Part shown: positions 46,747 to 57,400 of the stretch, in pieces
Layout: every line of letters starts with the position of its first letter
Numbering within the stretch: the first letter of the stretch is position 1
Assembly (NCBI GenBank): GCA_963783845.1
Contig: CAWAPL010000028.1
Location: 25,498-89,497 of the forward strand
Length of the DNA stretch: 64,000 nt
Source of the DNA: an uncultured Phycisphaerales bacterium
Lineage (GTDB): Bacteria; Planctomycetota; Phycisphaerae; Tepidisphaerales; Tepidisphaeraceae
Direction: 5' to 3'
The notes under the pieces: generated by a model
What the model saw: the letters and a program-made list of their open reading frames with translations, nothing else
Database searches by the model: none
Told to the model about the DNA's origin: nothing
Program-made: the position numbers and the translations under genes

Positions 46747-47319
46747 CTATGGCAGAGGCCGCAACTTGATCAATCTCCATTGCGCCGCCGCGATGAAACC
46801 GCCGAAAATGACCGCCAGAAACGAAATGGGGGCGAATCCGTATCTCGAATAGCTGCCGATGCACCAGGCCAGGTTGAACGCAGTGGTTATGATCGTCAGA
46901 GCAAATGCCGCCCAATAAAGTTCCCGTCGCCGGGTAAACATCACCAGGCCGTCGATGATGAGCACAAAACCGAATAGCGTGGGGCCCAGATCGCTCCAGA
47001 ATTCGGGAAGAGTTTGATAGGGCACAATGTTGCCGTCAGCATCCCGGAATTCGTTGAAGTAGGTGTGAAACAGCCGCGAGCACAACCATTGCAAAAACCT
47101 GGGCTGATAAAGCAGCAAAAAAATTCCGATTCCGATGCTGAGCCAGGTTTCACTCCAGCCGGCCGCCGGCGCCGATTGCGAAGCTCGGGCGTAAGGAACG
47201 ACCGCCGGCGATTCGGATTCCGCCGCGGATGGCTCAATCGCCGACGGCGGCGGCGTCTGGCCAACCGGCCGCTCGGCTTCGCTCGTCTTTGACAGTCTCG
47301 GCAGTTTTGAGAGGTCCAT
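46747..47319 (-). CDS. Integral membrane protein
   Basis: ATG 47319 (MDLSKLPRLSK...). Four hydrophobic helices in the C-terminal 130 aa. The rest of ORF 46747..48627 is antisense to pheS. Confidence 0.55.
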   Translation of the reverse strand: MDLSKLPRLSKTSEAERPVGQTPPPSAIEPSAAESESPAVVPYARASQSAPAAGWSETWLSIGIGIFLLLYQPRFLQWLCSRLFHTYFNEFRDADGNIVPYQTLPEFWSDLGPTLFGFVLIIDGLVMFTRRRELYWAAFALTIITTAFNLAWCIGSYSRYGFAPISFLAVIFGGFIAAAQWRLIKLRPLP

Positions 47320-47427
47320 GGAATCCGCTCCGATGCGTGCCAGCCTTGACCCCTGCGCAATCAATGTAAAGACCCCAAGCCGCACATTCAAACTATTCAT
47401 AGGACGAATCCGGCGGCGGAGAATTTC

Positions 47428-48474
47428 ATGGCGGATGTGACGCAGCAGATCGATGCGATCTCCAAACAGGCCGACGAAGAACTGGCCGCCGTTGCCACGA
47501 TCGCACAGCTCGAGCAGTTCCGCATCAAATACCTCGGCGCCAAGGGCAGCATCAAGGGCCTGATGAGCCTTCTGGGCCAGACGCCGAAGGATCAGAAGCC
47601 GCTCGTCGGCCAGCAGATCAATTCGCTCAAGGACCGTGTAGCCGGCGCGTTCGAGGCCCGCCGGGCGGCATTTTCGGCGATGGATGGCGTCAGCGACGCG
47701 GCCGATGTCACCGAGCCGGGTCTGCGGCCTCAAATCGGCAACCGCCACATCCTCATGAAGGTCACCAATGAATTGACGGAACTTTTCGGCCGGATGGGCT
47801 TTTCCCTGGCGTCCGGTCCCGAGGTGGAGGACGAGTTTCACAACTTCATCGCGCTGAATATTCCTGCGAGTCATCCGGCTCGCGATCCGCTGGACAACTT
47901 TTACCTGGCTGCCGAACCCGGCGAAGGCCAATCCACCGCCTTGGATCGCGTCCCGCCCGAACCGCTTATGCTTCTGCGCACGCAAACCAGCACGGTTCAG
48001 ATCCGAGTCATGGAAAAGCACAAGCCGCCCATTCGCGTGGTCATCCCCGGGCGCGTCTATCGGCCCGACACCCACGACGATACGCACCTCTCGATGTTCC
48101 ACCAGCTCGAAGCCCTGGTCGTCGATCGAAACGTCACCATGGTCGATCTGAAGAGCACCATCCTCCAATTCGCGCAGGCCTATTTCGGCGCGGAAGCCAA
48201 AACGCGTTTCCGGCCCAGCTTTTTCCCGTTCACCGAACCGTCGGCCGAAGTGGACGTTCGGTTCGATTTGCCCGGAGGCAAGAGCCGGTGGGTGGAGCTT
48301 GGCGGGTGCGGCATGGTTCATCCCAATGTCTTCAAGGCTGTCGGCGTCGATCCCGAGCAATTCACCGGCTGGGCCTTCGGATTCGGCATCGAGCGCATCG
48401 CCATGCGAAAGTACGGCATCAACAACATTCGCCTGTTCGTCGAAAACGACGTGCGGTTTTTGGGGCAGTTCTGA
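47428..48474 (+). CDS. pheS: Phenylalanine--tRNA ligase alpha subunit
   Basis: 348 aa: ...FRIKYLGAKG..., class II motifs HPARD, LLRTQTSTVQIR, FRPSFFPFTEPSAEVD, GCGMVHPNV, AFGFGIERIAM. Confidence 0.95.
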   Translation: MADVTQQIDAISKQADEELAAVATIAQLEQFRIKYLGAKGSIKGLMSLLGQTPKDQKPLVGQQINSLKDRVAGAFEARRAAFSAMDGVSDAADVTEPGLRPQIGNRHILMKVTNELTELFGRMGFSLASGPEVEDEFHNFIALNIPASHPARDPLDNFYLAAEPGEGQSTALDRVPPEPLMLLRTQTSTVQIRVMEKHKPPIRVVIPGRVYRPDTHDDTHLSMFHQLEALVVDRNVTMVDLKSTILQFAQAYFGAEAKTRFRPSFFPFTEPSAEVDVRFDLPGGKSRWVELGGCGMVHPNVFKAVGVDPEQFTGWAFGFGIERIAMRKYGINNIRLFVENDVRFLGQF

Positions 48475-48476
48475 CG

Positions 48477-49922
48477 TCAGATGAATCCCACGCCGAACGA
48501 TACGTAGTAATGAAGGTAAATGATGCTGATCGTGTAAACGCATGATGCCAACGCCAACAGAACGGTGATGAGGTTTCGCCAGGACGCGCTTCTGTGCGAT
48601 TGAAATTTTGCCGGCAATGCACGCCACAACGCACTGACCAGCAGCAGCGTTGCGGCGGCGATGGGGATGAAATAGCGGCCCTGTAGCCCGTCAACGCACA
48701 ACCCGCCAACGGTGGTCCAAATCAGGTAGATGAGCAGCAACAGCGTTTCGAGGCTCGCCACGATCACAACCGCGGTCACGGCGATCACTCGCCAGACTTT
48801 GGAAAACTCCGGATCATCAATTCCCGCTCGACACGCCAGCACCAAGGCCGCCAAATAGACGAAAACGAAAACGGGAGATACTTGAACGTTGTACCATCCC
48901 AGTCTGCCCACCAGGGAAAGAACGACGGCAATCCCATCCCGCCGGGCCGAGAAGAGCGGAAGAGTCAACAGCGTTTTAGGATGTCCAACTAGGAAATCCA
49001 ATTGTCGGCGAGCTGAGACAAAGGGATTGTCCATATAGGTGACAGTGTCCAGGCCCGGCGTTTGACGCGACCACAAAAGCAGGGGCACGAGATTTGCCAA
49101 TGCCAAAATCAGAAGAATTGTCGCGAATCGCTTCGGCCCGCCCAGCCGCGCTGCCGGGACAAAGAAAATGAATCCCGCCAGCGGCAAATAGGCCGCCTTG
49201 GCCTGGGAGAGGGCCGCGGAACAGACGACGAATGCGGCCACCCAAGGCCACCCGATGAAGGAATCCTCCTCGTCTCGCTTTTTTACTGTGGCGGCAAATC
49301 CCAAGGCCACCACCAGAAATGCCAGCGCATTAGTGACTGCGTCGGGCGAGACGGAGGCGGCCATGAACAGGGACATGGGCATGAGCATGAGCAGCATCAG
49401 AGGTCGGTCGAATCCGGGGGCGATCCGTAGCGCCAGGTAACCTAAACCGGTCCATGCCCAAACATTGACGAGTCGGCCCAAGTACAAGAGCACCAAAGGC
49501 GGCCAGCAGAAGACGCGCCCGATCCCGACGCCGATCGCCTGCGGCAGATAGGGCAGCGGCGAGTAATGCGCGGTTTCCAGAACGTAGTTCGCGCGCAACT
49601 GTGGCCGGAGGGGAACTCGCAAGACCCGGCGAATAGCCGAAAAAGAAGTCGTCGCCGTGTTGCCTCGCACCGCCGCGAATGGCTCGGTGGTTTGGTATAT
49701 GCTTAGCGGTAATTCGCCTCGGCCGAGATTCTTCTCCCATTTTGCCACCAAATGGCCTTCGGAAATCTGGTACGCGTGCAGAAAATGGTCCTGCTCATCG
49801 GGAACCTGGTATGGGGGCACAACCAGGGCGATCACGGTTCCGAACGATATTGCCAGCACCAAAAACAGACGCGGCAGCGTGGCTAAAGGCACTATAAGAT
49901 ATTTGTGGATAGGGCGTTGCAA
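48477..49922 (-). CDS. DUF2142-like polytopic membrane protein (GT-C-like)
   Basis: 481 aa, more than 10 TM helices. The N-terminal loop VPPYQVPDEQDHFLHAYQISEG is the DUF2142 signature as I recall it. Confidence 0.7.
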   Translation of the reverse strand: MQRPIHKYLIVPLATLPRLFLVLAISFGTVIALVVPPYQVPDEQDHFLHAYQISEGHLVAKWEKNLGRGELPLSIYQTTEPFAAVRGNTATTSFSAIRRVLRVPLRPQLRANYVLETAHYSPLPYLPQAIGVGIGRVFCWPPLVLLYLGRLVNVWAWTGLGYLALRIAPGFDRPLMLLMLMPMSLFMAASVSPDAVTNALAFLVVALGFAATVKKRDEEDSFIGWPWVAAFVVCSAALSQAKAAYLPLAGFIFFVPAARLGGPKRFATILLILALANLVPLLLWSRQTPGLDTVTYMDNPFVSARRQLDFLVGHPKTLLTLPLFSARRDGIAVVLSLVGRLGWYNVQVSPVFVFVYLAALVLACRAGIDDPEFSKVWRVIAVTAVVIVASLETLLLLIYLIWTTVGGLCVDGLQGRYFIPIAAATLLLVSALWRALPAKFQSHRSASWRNLITVLLALASCVYTISIIYLHYYVSFGVGFI

Positions 49923-49965
49923 ATTGCCGATAATATAAAAATGTAAAACCTGACGAAATCGCTCT

Positions 49966-49980
49966 TGAAACTCATTCTCA
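49966..49980 (+). promoter_or_regulatory. Fur-box-like 7-1-7 dyad upstream of feoA
   Basis: TGAAACT-C-ATTCTCA against the consensus TGATAAT-N-ATTATCA (11/14). Lies in an AT-rich tract 56 nt upstream of the feoA ATG. Confidence 0.45.
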
Positions 49981-50035
49981 ATAAGCTTATATCTAACTCA
50001 CCGGAGCATTCATAAGGATAACCGGAGCGGCAATT

Positions 50036-50314
50036 ATGGAGAAGGCCTGCACCAATACTGACTGCGATCATCGCGGAACTCCCGATTCCTGCCATTTGAA
50101 CCAGTTGGGCATCGGCTGCAAAGGCTGCGTGGTGTCCGTCGATGGCGATCACGACCTTCGCCGCCGGTTGTTGGAAATGGGATTCTGCAACGGCGCGCAG
50201 GTCGAGGTCATTCGCCGCGCCCCTTTGGGCGACCCAATCGAGTTCCGCCTCCGCGGCTACCATTTGTCCCTTCGTGGCGAACAGGCTCGGCACGTGACCA
50301 TCAACAAAGAATAA
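50036..50314 (+). CDS. feoA: Ferrous iron transport protein A
   Basis: 92 aa: GCVVSVDGDHDLRRRLLEMGFCNGAQVEVIRRAPLGDPIEFRLRGYHLSLRGEQARHV (FeoA SH3-like domain). Confidence 0.85.
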   Translation: MEKACTNTDCDHRGTPDSCHLNQLGIGCKGCVVSVDGDHDLRRRLLEMGFCNGAQVEVIRRAPLGDPIEFRLRGYHLSLRGEQARHVTINKE

Positions 50315-50326
50315 AGTGCCTCGGCC

Positions 50327-52654
50327 ATGTCTTCCTGCTGTAAAGTCGATGACCCGCCCAAATCCGACGGCCGGATAATGACCGTCGCCCTGGCGGGCAA
50401 TCCCAACAGCGGAAAGACCACGATCTTCAATGCCCTCACCGGGCTTCGCCAGAAAGTCGCCAACTATCCCGGGGTCACGGTTGAAAAAAAAACCGGCCGA
50501 TGCAGGCTTCCCGGCGGCGGCTTCGCCAACATCATCGATCTTCCCGGCACGTACAGTCTCATCAGCCGCTCGCCGGATGAACAGGTCGCGATGGAAGTTC
50601 TGCGCGGAGTGCGGTCGGATTTGCCGCCGCCCGACGCCGTTATCGTCGTTGTTGATGCCAGCAATCTACAGCGCAATCTGTATCTCGTCAGCCAGTTGAT
50701 CGAACTCGGACAGCCCCTCGTCGTCGCTCTTAACATGATGGATATCGCCGAGCGCCGCGGATTGAACGTCTCTCCGCAGCGTTTGGAAAAGCAACTCGGC
50801 GTGCCGGTGGTCCCGGTCGTCGGCCACAAGCGCCGGGGCATCGACTTGCTCAAGAAAGCGATTCTCCAGGCACGGGTCGCGCCCATGCCCGATTGGCCTC
50901 TGCCGCTGGAAATGCGCGAAGAAGTCGCGCGGGTCGGCGGCGCGCTCGAGCGTCACTCCAACCCGCAACTGCGCGGCCAAAGCGGCGCCATCGCCGAACG
51001 CCTGCTGATCGGCGACCGCGCCCGAGATTTGAGCGACATTTGGTTGTGCGATCCGGTTGCCTCGCTGCTGAACAAGGCCAACGAGCGTTTGTCCGCGCTG
51101 GGCATCGATCCCATGCAGGCGGACATCGAGGCCCATTATCAGTGGATCGATTCCGTCGCCTCCGCCTCGCTGTTGCCGGCAGGTGAGCGATTGGTCGAAT
51201 CCGGGCCGGTCCTCGATTATGCCACACCCCGGCCGCCGACATTCACCGAGCGTGCCGATGCCATTCTTGTCCACAAATTCTGGGGCTTGCTGATCTTCGC
51301 GGCAATCATGGGGACATTGTTCGTCACCATCTTCTGGCTCGCCCAGCCAATCATGAACGAGATGCAGAACGGCATCCTGTGGGTCGGCCATTGGCTGACG
51401 CACGCGCTGCCCGGCGGCCCGCTGAAATCCATGCTCAACGACGGCGTCATCGCCGGCGTCGGGACCGTGATCGCTTTCGTGCCGCAGATCGCGCTGCTGT
51501 TCATGTTCCTGGCGATCTTGGAAGACACCGGGTACCTCGCCCGGGCCGCGTTCCTGATGGACAAGCTCCTGGCCCGCGTCGGCCTGCACGGCAAGAGCTT
51601 CATTCCGCTGCTCAGCAGCTTCGCGTGCGCAATTCCGGGGATCATGGCGACGCGCACCATCGAAAATCGCCGCGATCGCCTCGCCACGATCCTGATCGCG
51701 CCGTTTATGAGTTGCAGCGCTCGCCTGCCGGTTTATGCGCTTTTGATCGGCGCGTTTTTCTCCACCGTCGGCGCACTGGCGCAGGCCGGCATCATGCTCG
51801 GTTGCTACGCCCTGGGCATACTCGCCGCCGTTGCCACCGCGTGGTTCTTCAAGCGCTCCCTGCTCAAAGGCGGCGCGACCACATTCATCATGGAACTGCC
51901 GAGCTACAAGTTGCCGCAGGTTTTGCAGGTTGCCCGGCAAGTTTGGACCAATGCCGGGCAATTCGTCACCAAAGCGGGAACGACAATCCTTGCGTTCAGC
52001 ATCGTATTGTGGGCGCTGAGTTATTATCCCCGCCTGCCAAAGGACCGTGCAGAATCCATATATGCCTCTAGTCTTCGAACGGCGCGAATGGACATCTATA
52101 ATCACCTGAATCCGAATCTGGTCTACTGGCCTCCAAATCAGACGCCCGTGCAATATTATGTGTTTCAGGGAAACTTGAGGGTGGAGCAAGTTGCCGAGAA
52201 GGCCGCCATCGATGGCGTTCTTGCCGCCCAAAGCGAATACAGCATCGCCGGCCGCATTGGCCACGGGATGGAACCCGCGCTGCGGCCGCTGGGATTCGAC
52301 TGGAAAATGGGGATCGGTTTGATCGGCGCATTCGCCGCCCGCGAGACGTTTGTCAGCACGATGGGCATCAGCTATGCCGTCGGCAATACCGACGAAAGCG
52401 GCACGCAGAGCCTCCAGTCCGCCATGCGCGCCGATCGATTCGCAAACGGCAAGCCGGTCTGGACGCCCCTGGTGGCCATTAGCCTGCTGGTTTGGTTCGT
52501 GCTGGCCTTGCAGTGCATCAGCACCGTCGCCATCGCCCGCCGTGAAACCGGAGGCTGGCGCTGGCCGATCTTCATGATCGTGTACATGAACGTCCTGGCG
52601 TATGTCGGAAGCGTGGTGGTCTATCAGACGGGATTGCTGCTTTTGCACGCGTGA
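50327..52654 (+). CDS. feoB: Ferrous iron transporter FeoB
   Basis: G-domain VALAGNPNSGKTTIFNALTG, DLPGTYSL, NMMD, followed by gate motifs and about 8-10 TM helices. The start may be ATG 50378. Confidence 0.95.
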   Translation: MSSCCKVDDPPKSDGRIMTVALAGNPNSGKTTIFNALTGLRQKVANYPGVTVEKKTGRCRLPGGGFANIIDLPGTYSLISRSPDEQVAMEVLRGVRSDLPPPDAVIVVVDASNLQRNLYLVSQLIELGQPLVVALNMMDIAERRGLNVSPQRLEKQLGVPVVPVVGHKRRGIDLLKKAILQARVAPMPDWPLPLEMREEVARVGGALERHSNPQLRGQSGAIAERLLIGDRARDLSDIWLCDPVASLLNKANERLSALGIDPMQADIEAHYQWIDSVASASLLPAGERLVESGPVLDYATPRPPTFTERADAILVHKFWGLLIFAAIMGTLFVTIFWLAQPIMNEMQNGILWVGHWLTHALPGGPLKSMLNDGVIAGVGTVIAFVPQIALLFMFLAILEDTGYLARAAFLMDKLLARVGLHGKSFIPLLSSFACAIPGIMATRTIENRRDRLATILIAPFMSCSARLPVYALLIGAFFSTVGALAQAGIMLGCYALGILAAVATAWFFKRSLLKGGATTFIMELPSYKLPQVLQVARQVWTNAGQFVTKAGTTILAFSIVLWALSYYPRLPKDRAESIYASSLRTARMDIYNHLNPNLVYWPPNQTPVQYYVFQGNLRVEQVAEKAAIDGVLAAQSEYSIAGRIGHGMEPALRPLGFDWKMGIGLIGAFAARETFVSTMGISYAVGNTDESGTQSLQSAMRADRFANGKPVWTPLVAISLLVWFVLALQCISTVAIARRETGGWRWPIFMIVYMNVLAYVGSVVVYQTGLLLLHA

Positions 52655-52690
52655 AGGCGAGATGGATGATATAATCATCGTGGTGCGGTC

Positions 52691-53261
52691 ATGACTCTGG
52701 CAGAACCCATTATCCGACGTTGGTCCAAGACTGAGTACATGCGCATGGCCGAGGAAGGCTGGTTTGAAGGTCAGCGCGTGCAGCTCGATTCGAGGGGAGA
52801 TCGTACAAATGCCTCCGCAAGGCTTTCAACACACAAAGGCGGTGATGCGCGTATTCGAGTTTCTGCGTGAGGCGTTTGGCGCGAAGCACTGGGTTCGCTC
52901 GCAGTTTCAGGTCGATCTAAGCGAGGATTCGCAACCCGAACCGGACGTGTCCGTCGCCGAGCACGCGTTCGAATGGTACAAGGACCATCCCACGACCGCG
53001 TTGCTCGTCGTCGAGATCAGCGATTCCAGCCTTCGCCTGGATCGGCGAAAGGCGGGGTTGTATTCCTCGGCGGATGTTCCCGAGTATTGGATCGTCAATC
53101 TCGGCAAGCGGAGCCTGGAAGTGTATCGCGGGCCGGTTGCCGATCCCAAGGAGGAATTTGGCCATCGCTATGGCGATTTCCGCGAACTCAACGAAGCCGA
53201 GACGGTTGCACCGCTGGCCAAACCGGAGGCTCAGATTCAGGTGAAGAGGTTTTTTGAGTAA
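52691..53261 (+). pseudogene. Uma2-family (DUF820) restriction-endonuclease-fold protein, frame-disrupted as sequenced (shift near 52787)
   Basis: MTLAEPIIRRWSKTEYMRMAEEGWFEGQRVQL, then in another frame GEIVQMPPQGFQH...EPDVSV...LVVEISDSSLRLDRRKAGLYSSADVPEYWIVN (PD-(D/E)xK core). Confidence 0.8.
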
Positions 53262-53264
53262 CCC

Positions 53265-53477
53265 ATGCCGATCTGGATTCAAAATCTTCTGGTTGTGCTG
53301 GCGGTGGCGATGGGCGCCGGGTTTCTATTTCGCCAGGGTTGGCTGGCCCTCGCCGGCAAGCGAAGCAAGCTGGGATCGTGCTGCGCCAAGGGATGCGCCG
53401 CGCATGAGCCGCCGAAGCCGGGCTCGGGTGAGCGCATCGTTTTCCTTCCCGCTGAGATGCTCGGTCGAAAGAAATGA
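53265..53477 (+). CDS. FeoB-associated Cys-rich small membrane protein (tentative)
   Basis: 70 aa: an N-terminal TM helix IQNLLVVLAVAMGAGFLF, then GSCCAKGC. This is the architecture of the small Cys-rich proteins found next to feoB. Confidence 0.5.
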   Translation: MPIWIQNLLVVLAVAMGAGFLFRQGWLALAGKRSKLGSCCAKGCAAHEPPKPGSGERIVFLPAEMLGRKK

Positions 53478-54259
53478 AGCAGGGCAAGCCTTCCCGCAAA
53501 TCCAATCGCCGAGATTCCATCCGCACCGATTGGAGCCCGGTCGCCGATTGGTATGACCAACTCGTCGGCGACACCGGCGGCGAATATCATCGGGAAGTCG
53601 TCATCCCCGGCGTCTTGCGGCTGCTGGCCGCGGCGCCGGGAGAATCGGCGATCGATATCGCCTGCGGCCAGGGCGTGCTTTGCCGAGCGCTGCAAGCCCG
53701 CGGCGTTCGCGTGACCGGCGCCGACGCATCCGTCGAATTGATTCGCGCCGCCCGCCAGCGCGGCCCGGCCGAGATCCATTACCAGGTCGCCGACGCCCGG
53801 AATCTATCCAATTTCCCCGACGCAAAGTTCGACGCGGCCGCTTGCGTGCTGGCCATCCAGAACATCCATCCTCTCCCGCCCGTGCTGCACAGCATCGCCC
53901 GAATCGTCAAGCCGAGTGGCCGGCTGGTGATCGTCATGATGCACCCGTGTTTTCGCGGAGCGAAGGAAACAAGCTGGGGCTGGGATGAATCGGCGAAGGT
54001 TCAATATCGCCGGGTTGATCGCTATTTGATTCCGCGCAAAACGCCGATCGTCACCCATCCGGGATCGAATCCGAATCAATACACCTGGGAGTTTCATCGG
54101 CCAATCGAGGGATACGTCAAAGCTCTGAGCCAAGGCGGATTTTTGGTGGATGCGATGGAAGAATGGCCGAGCCACAAGCGAAGCACCAGCGGCCCGCGAG
54201 CGGCCGCGGAGAACGTGGCTCGCCAGGAAATCCCGATGTTCCTGGCGATTCGGGCGTAA
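53474..54259 (+). CDS. Class I SAM-dependent methyltransferase
   Basis: Motif I AIDIACGQGVL, motif II-like VTGADAS, post-I D..N, and KPSGRLVIVMMHP. Confidence 0.85.
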   Translation: MKQGKPSRKSNRRDSIRTDWSPVADWYDQLVGDTGGEYHREVVIPGVLRLLAAAPGESAIDIACGQGVLCRALQARGVRVTGADASVELIRAARQRGPAEIHYQVADARNLSNFPDAKFDAAACVLAIQNIHPLPPVLHSIARIVKPSGRLVIVMMHPCFRGAKETSWGWDESAKVQYRRVDRYLIPRKTPIVTHPGSNPNQYTWEFHRPIEGYVKALSQGGFLVDAMEEWPSHKRSTSGPRAAAENVARQEIPMFLAIRA

Positions 54260-54442
54260 AGAAGGGTATGCGTGACTGAACGGAACTGGGGAATAAACTA
54301 CATCCGGGGAGGAGCGGTTGGGAACGGTGGCATCCACCGTTTCTACGATAATTTCTCATTTATACTGTCGCCGCAAGCGCAATAATCTTCAATGCGCGAA
54401 CGGCGTGCCGAACGGGATTGGATCTGTCCCGTTTTACGGGAG

Positions 54443-57400
54443 CTATGCCTTGGACAGCACGGCTTGGTCCGTGTCGGCTAGACGTTGGCCGGTTCCATCC
54501 AGTTGGTCCGTCAGGACATCGGACAGCGGCGAAGCGGCGGCGAAAGCCGAACTGGCCGACGATTCCGCGCTGGGACCGGCGCTGTTGGTTGCTTGGATCG
54601 ATGGAATGACCACTGACGGAGCAGCCAGCAGAAGGGCGGATGAATTTCTGAGCAGCGCCCGCCGCTCCGCAAACGCGAGGGCCGGCTGGCTCAATGGAAT
54701 GGCGCTGAAGAGGAATCGAGGAACCGTAATGGGGATGACCTCGATATCGCTGGTGGTGGCGGCGGTGAAAGCACCGTCGGTGGCGTGCAGGACATAAGTG
54801 CCCAGCGTGCCGAGGGCGAGATCGTTGAAGACGGCCTCGCCATTGACGGCCGCGACCGTCAACCTGCCGGTCAGCGCGCCGCCGGCGGGTCCGGCGGTCA
54901 TTTGAAGCGTCACATTCGAGTTGTCGGTGTTGACGACGTTTCCGCGGGCGTCTTCAACGGCCACCACGACGGGGACTGCCAATGGAATGTTGACTGCGGC
55001 GATGGCCGGCTGCGCGATGATCGCCAATTGCGACGCCGGCAGAACATTGACGGTTACGCTGACGCTGCTGGTGACGGAAAACCCGCTGGGATCGGCGATG
55101 GTTGCGGTGAAGTCGTAGTTGCCGGCTTTGGTAAAATTGGCGGTGATGTTCTGGGCGGCGTTGGTTCCGTTGGTGGCGCCGGTGTAGGTGACGCCGCCCG
55201 GGCCGGTGGAGGACCAGGTGTACGTGAGCGTGGAAGTCCCGCCGATTTCCGATCCCAACACGCTCAAGGCGGTGGATGAGCCGGGAACGGGATTGGGATT
55301 TGCCGCCGCGGCCGTGGCGACGGTGGGCAAGCCGGTGACGCTCACATTGGCGAAAGAAGCCTGAGTGAGCTGGGGATTGTATTCCGCGCTGGCGGCGAGG
55401 CCGACGTTGGCGGTGGTTGGCATCGCGGCGATGGCGATCGTCGAGCCAAGTTGAGTCCACGTGGTTCCGTTGGAACTGTAATATCCGCTGAAATTGTCGC
55501 CGTCGCGGACGATTTTGACGTATCCGGGCGTGATGCCGAACAGAGTTGACGACTCGGTCCCGCCGGTGGTGGTGCGATATTCGAACAAAACGTCATACGG
55601 CGTCTGCACCATGGCGGCGAAGGGATCGCCGGCGCTTGTGCCGGCGCGGATCATGACGCCGGACTCGGGCAACGCGGTGTTGGGGTCGGCGTTGGTCATG
55701 GCGGTGATCTGGGCGGAGATTACGGCGCTGCCGGTGATCGGCTCATACGCGAAATTGAATTGATCGCTGGTTCCCTGGATTCCCGCGCCGCCGCCGTCAA
55801 CGGTCCACTGACTGACCGTCGCGCCCGTGGAAAGCGTGGTGGAACTGGCGGCCCAACCGGGATTGCCCGGGGTGTTGATGTCCGCATCGGCCCAGCCGGC
55901 GGGGAGGCTGCTGGTGGGATTGCCGACGATGACGCCGCGTCCGTTGATGCCGAGGTACACGCGTCCGAAGACGTTGGGGTCGGCGGCCATGGAAGGGACT
56001 ATTCCGCCCCATTGGTGGCTGACGTCGTTGAGCTGCACCCAGGTGCTGCCGCCGTCGTCCGATCGGTAGATGCCGAGGAAGTTGCCGATCAATCCGTCGA
56101 TGTAGATCGCGGGGGTCGTGCTGCCCGGCGCAGGCGCGCCCAATGCCATGCTTGGGACGTTGTTATACCCAATCACGCTATCTATCGTGAAACTAGCGCC
56201 AAAGTTGGTCGAGTGAAAGATTCCGATGTAAGAGGAGATCCACAAATCGCCGGCCGTGTACGGATTGGCGACGAGCGTGATGTTTCCGATGCCCCCGGTG
56301 CCGGCATTGGCCGGCCCATCGGCGAGGAAGGAATGTCCGCCGTCGGTGCTGATGTAAAGCTGCCAGGAATTGTTGCCGTTGTTTTCGGTCCAATAGTAGA
56401 AATCATTCGGGTCAACGCGGTCGGAGACGATGGTCCCGCCGGTGGCCGTGCCCGTGGGCAGGCTGGACTCGGTCCAGGTGGCGCCGTCGTTGGTGGAATA
56501 GTATGGCCCGTTGCCCGATGGGGCCCAGACAAACGTCGAGCCGTCGGCGGAGACGGCAATGGTTCCGCCGGAGTCGGAGCGGCCGGGCGAGGAGGCGAAT
56601 TCCGTCCAGGTTGTTCCGTCGTTGGTGGTGTAGGCGCCGTTCGTGTAAACGGGCCCGCCGCTGTATCCCTGAAGACCGACGATGGCTTCGATATTGGGGT
56701 TGTCTTGGGCAAAGTCCACGCCGTTCATGCTGCCGGTGGAGCCGCCGCGGATCGCCGCGGCAATGCCGCCGCCGGCCGGGGAGGAGGTCAGAGTGCTGTG
56801 GGCAAAACCGTTGATGTCGGCCAAGGCGCTGAACAGCGGAACGCCGCTCGGAGGGGCCGCCAACTGGAATACCTCCGTAAACTCGATCCCGTTGTCGGGG
56901 AAATACCAACTGTTGGCGGCAGTCAGCGGCGTGTTCGTGCCGCCGTTGCTGGCGTTGTTGGTGGCCCATAGTCCCTGGCCCGTGCCGTACATGAGTTGAT
57001 CGGAATCGAACGGATTGATTGCGATACTGGCGGCCCAGTTGCCGGTTCCGTCGTCGAAGGCCGCGACCCACGGCGCATTGGACGTGTTGCGCGTGGTGTT
57101 AAACCCGGCAAATCCGCCGTTCCGCGAGGCCGCGATGTCGAAGATTTCGGTCCAGGTTGGCGTGGCGTCATTGGCGTCGATCGTACGCCAGATCTGGTCC
57201 GGACCCGAGTAATCATCAAACGAGGTCACGACGAGGGTGTTGGGATTCTCAGGGTCGGCGGCGACGGCGTCGTAGCCGAAGCTGGGATTGCTGCCACCCG
57301 GCGTCTGCGGGGAAATATTGTCCCATACGCCGGTGCTCGGCACATAGCTGAAAACCCCGCCATCGGTGATGCTGTTGCTGGGGGCCTCGGCGTTGGCGTA

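Noticed and set aside
47320-48627. Upper two thirds of the 626-aa minus-strand ORF 46747..48627
   Set aside because: It is antisense to pheS, which has unmistakable class II synthetase motifs. The translation is Arg/Gly/His-rich with no recognisable motifs, which is typical of shadow ORFs in GC-rich DNA. Only 46747..47319 looks like a real (membrane) gene.
50666-52678. 670-aa minus-strand ORF opposite feoB
   Set aside because: A shadow ORF of a high-confidence gene, with low-complexity R/G/D/H-rich composition and no motifs.
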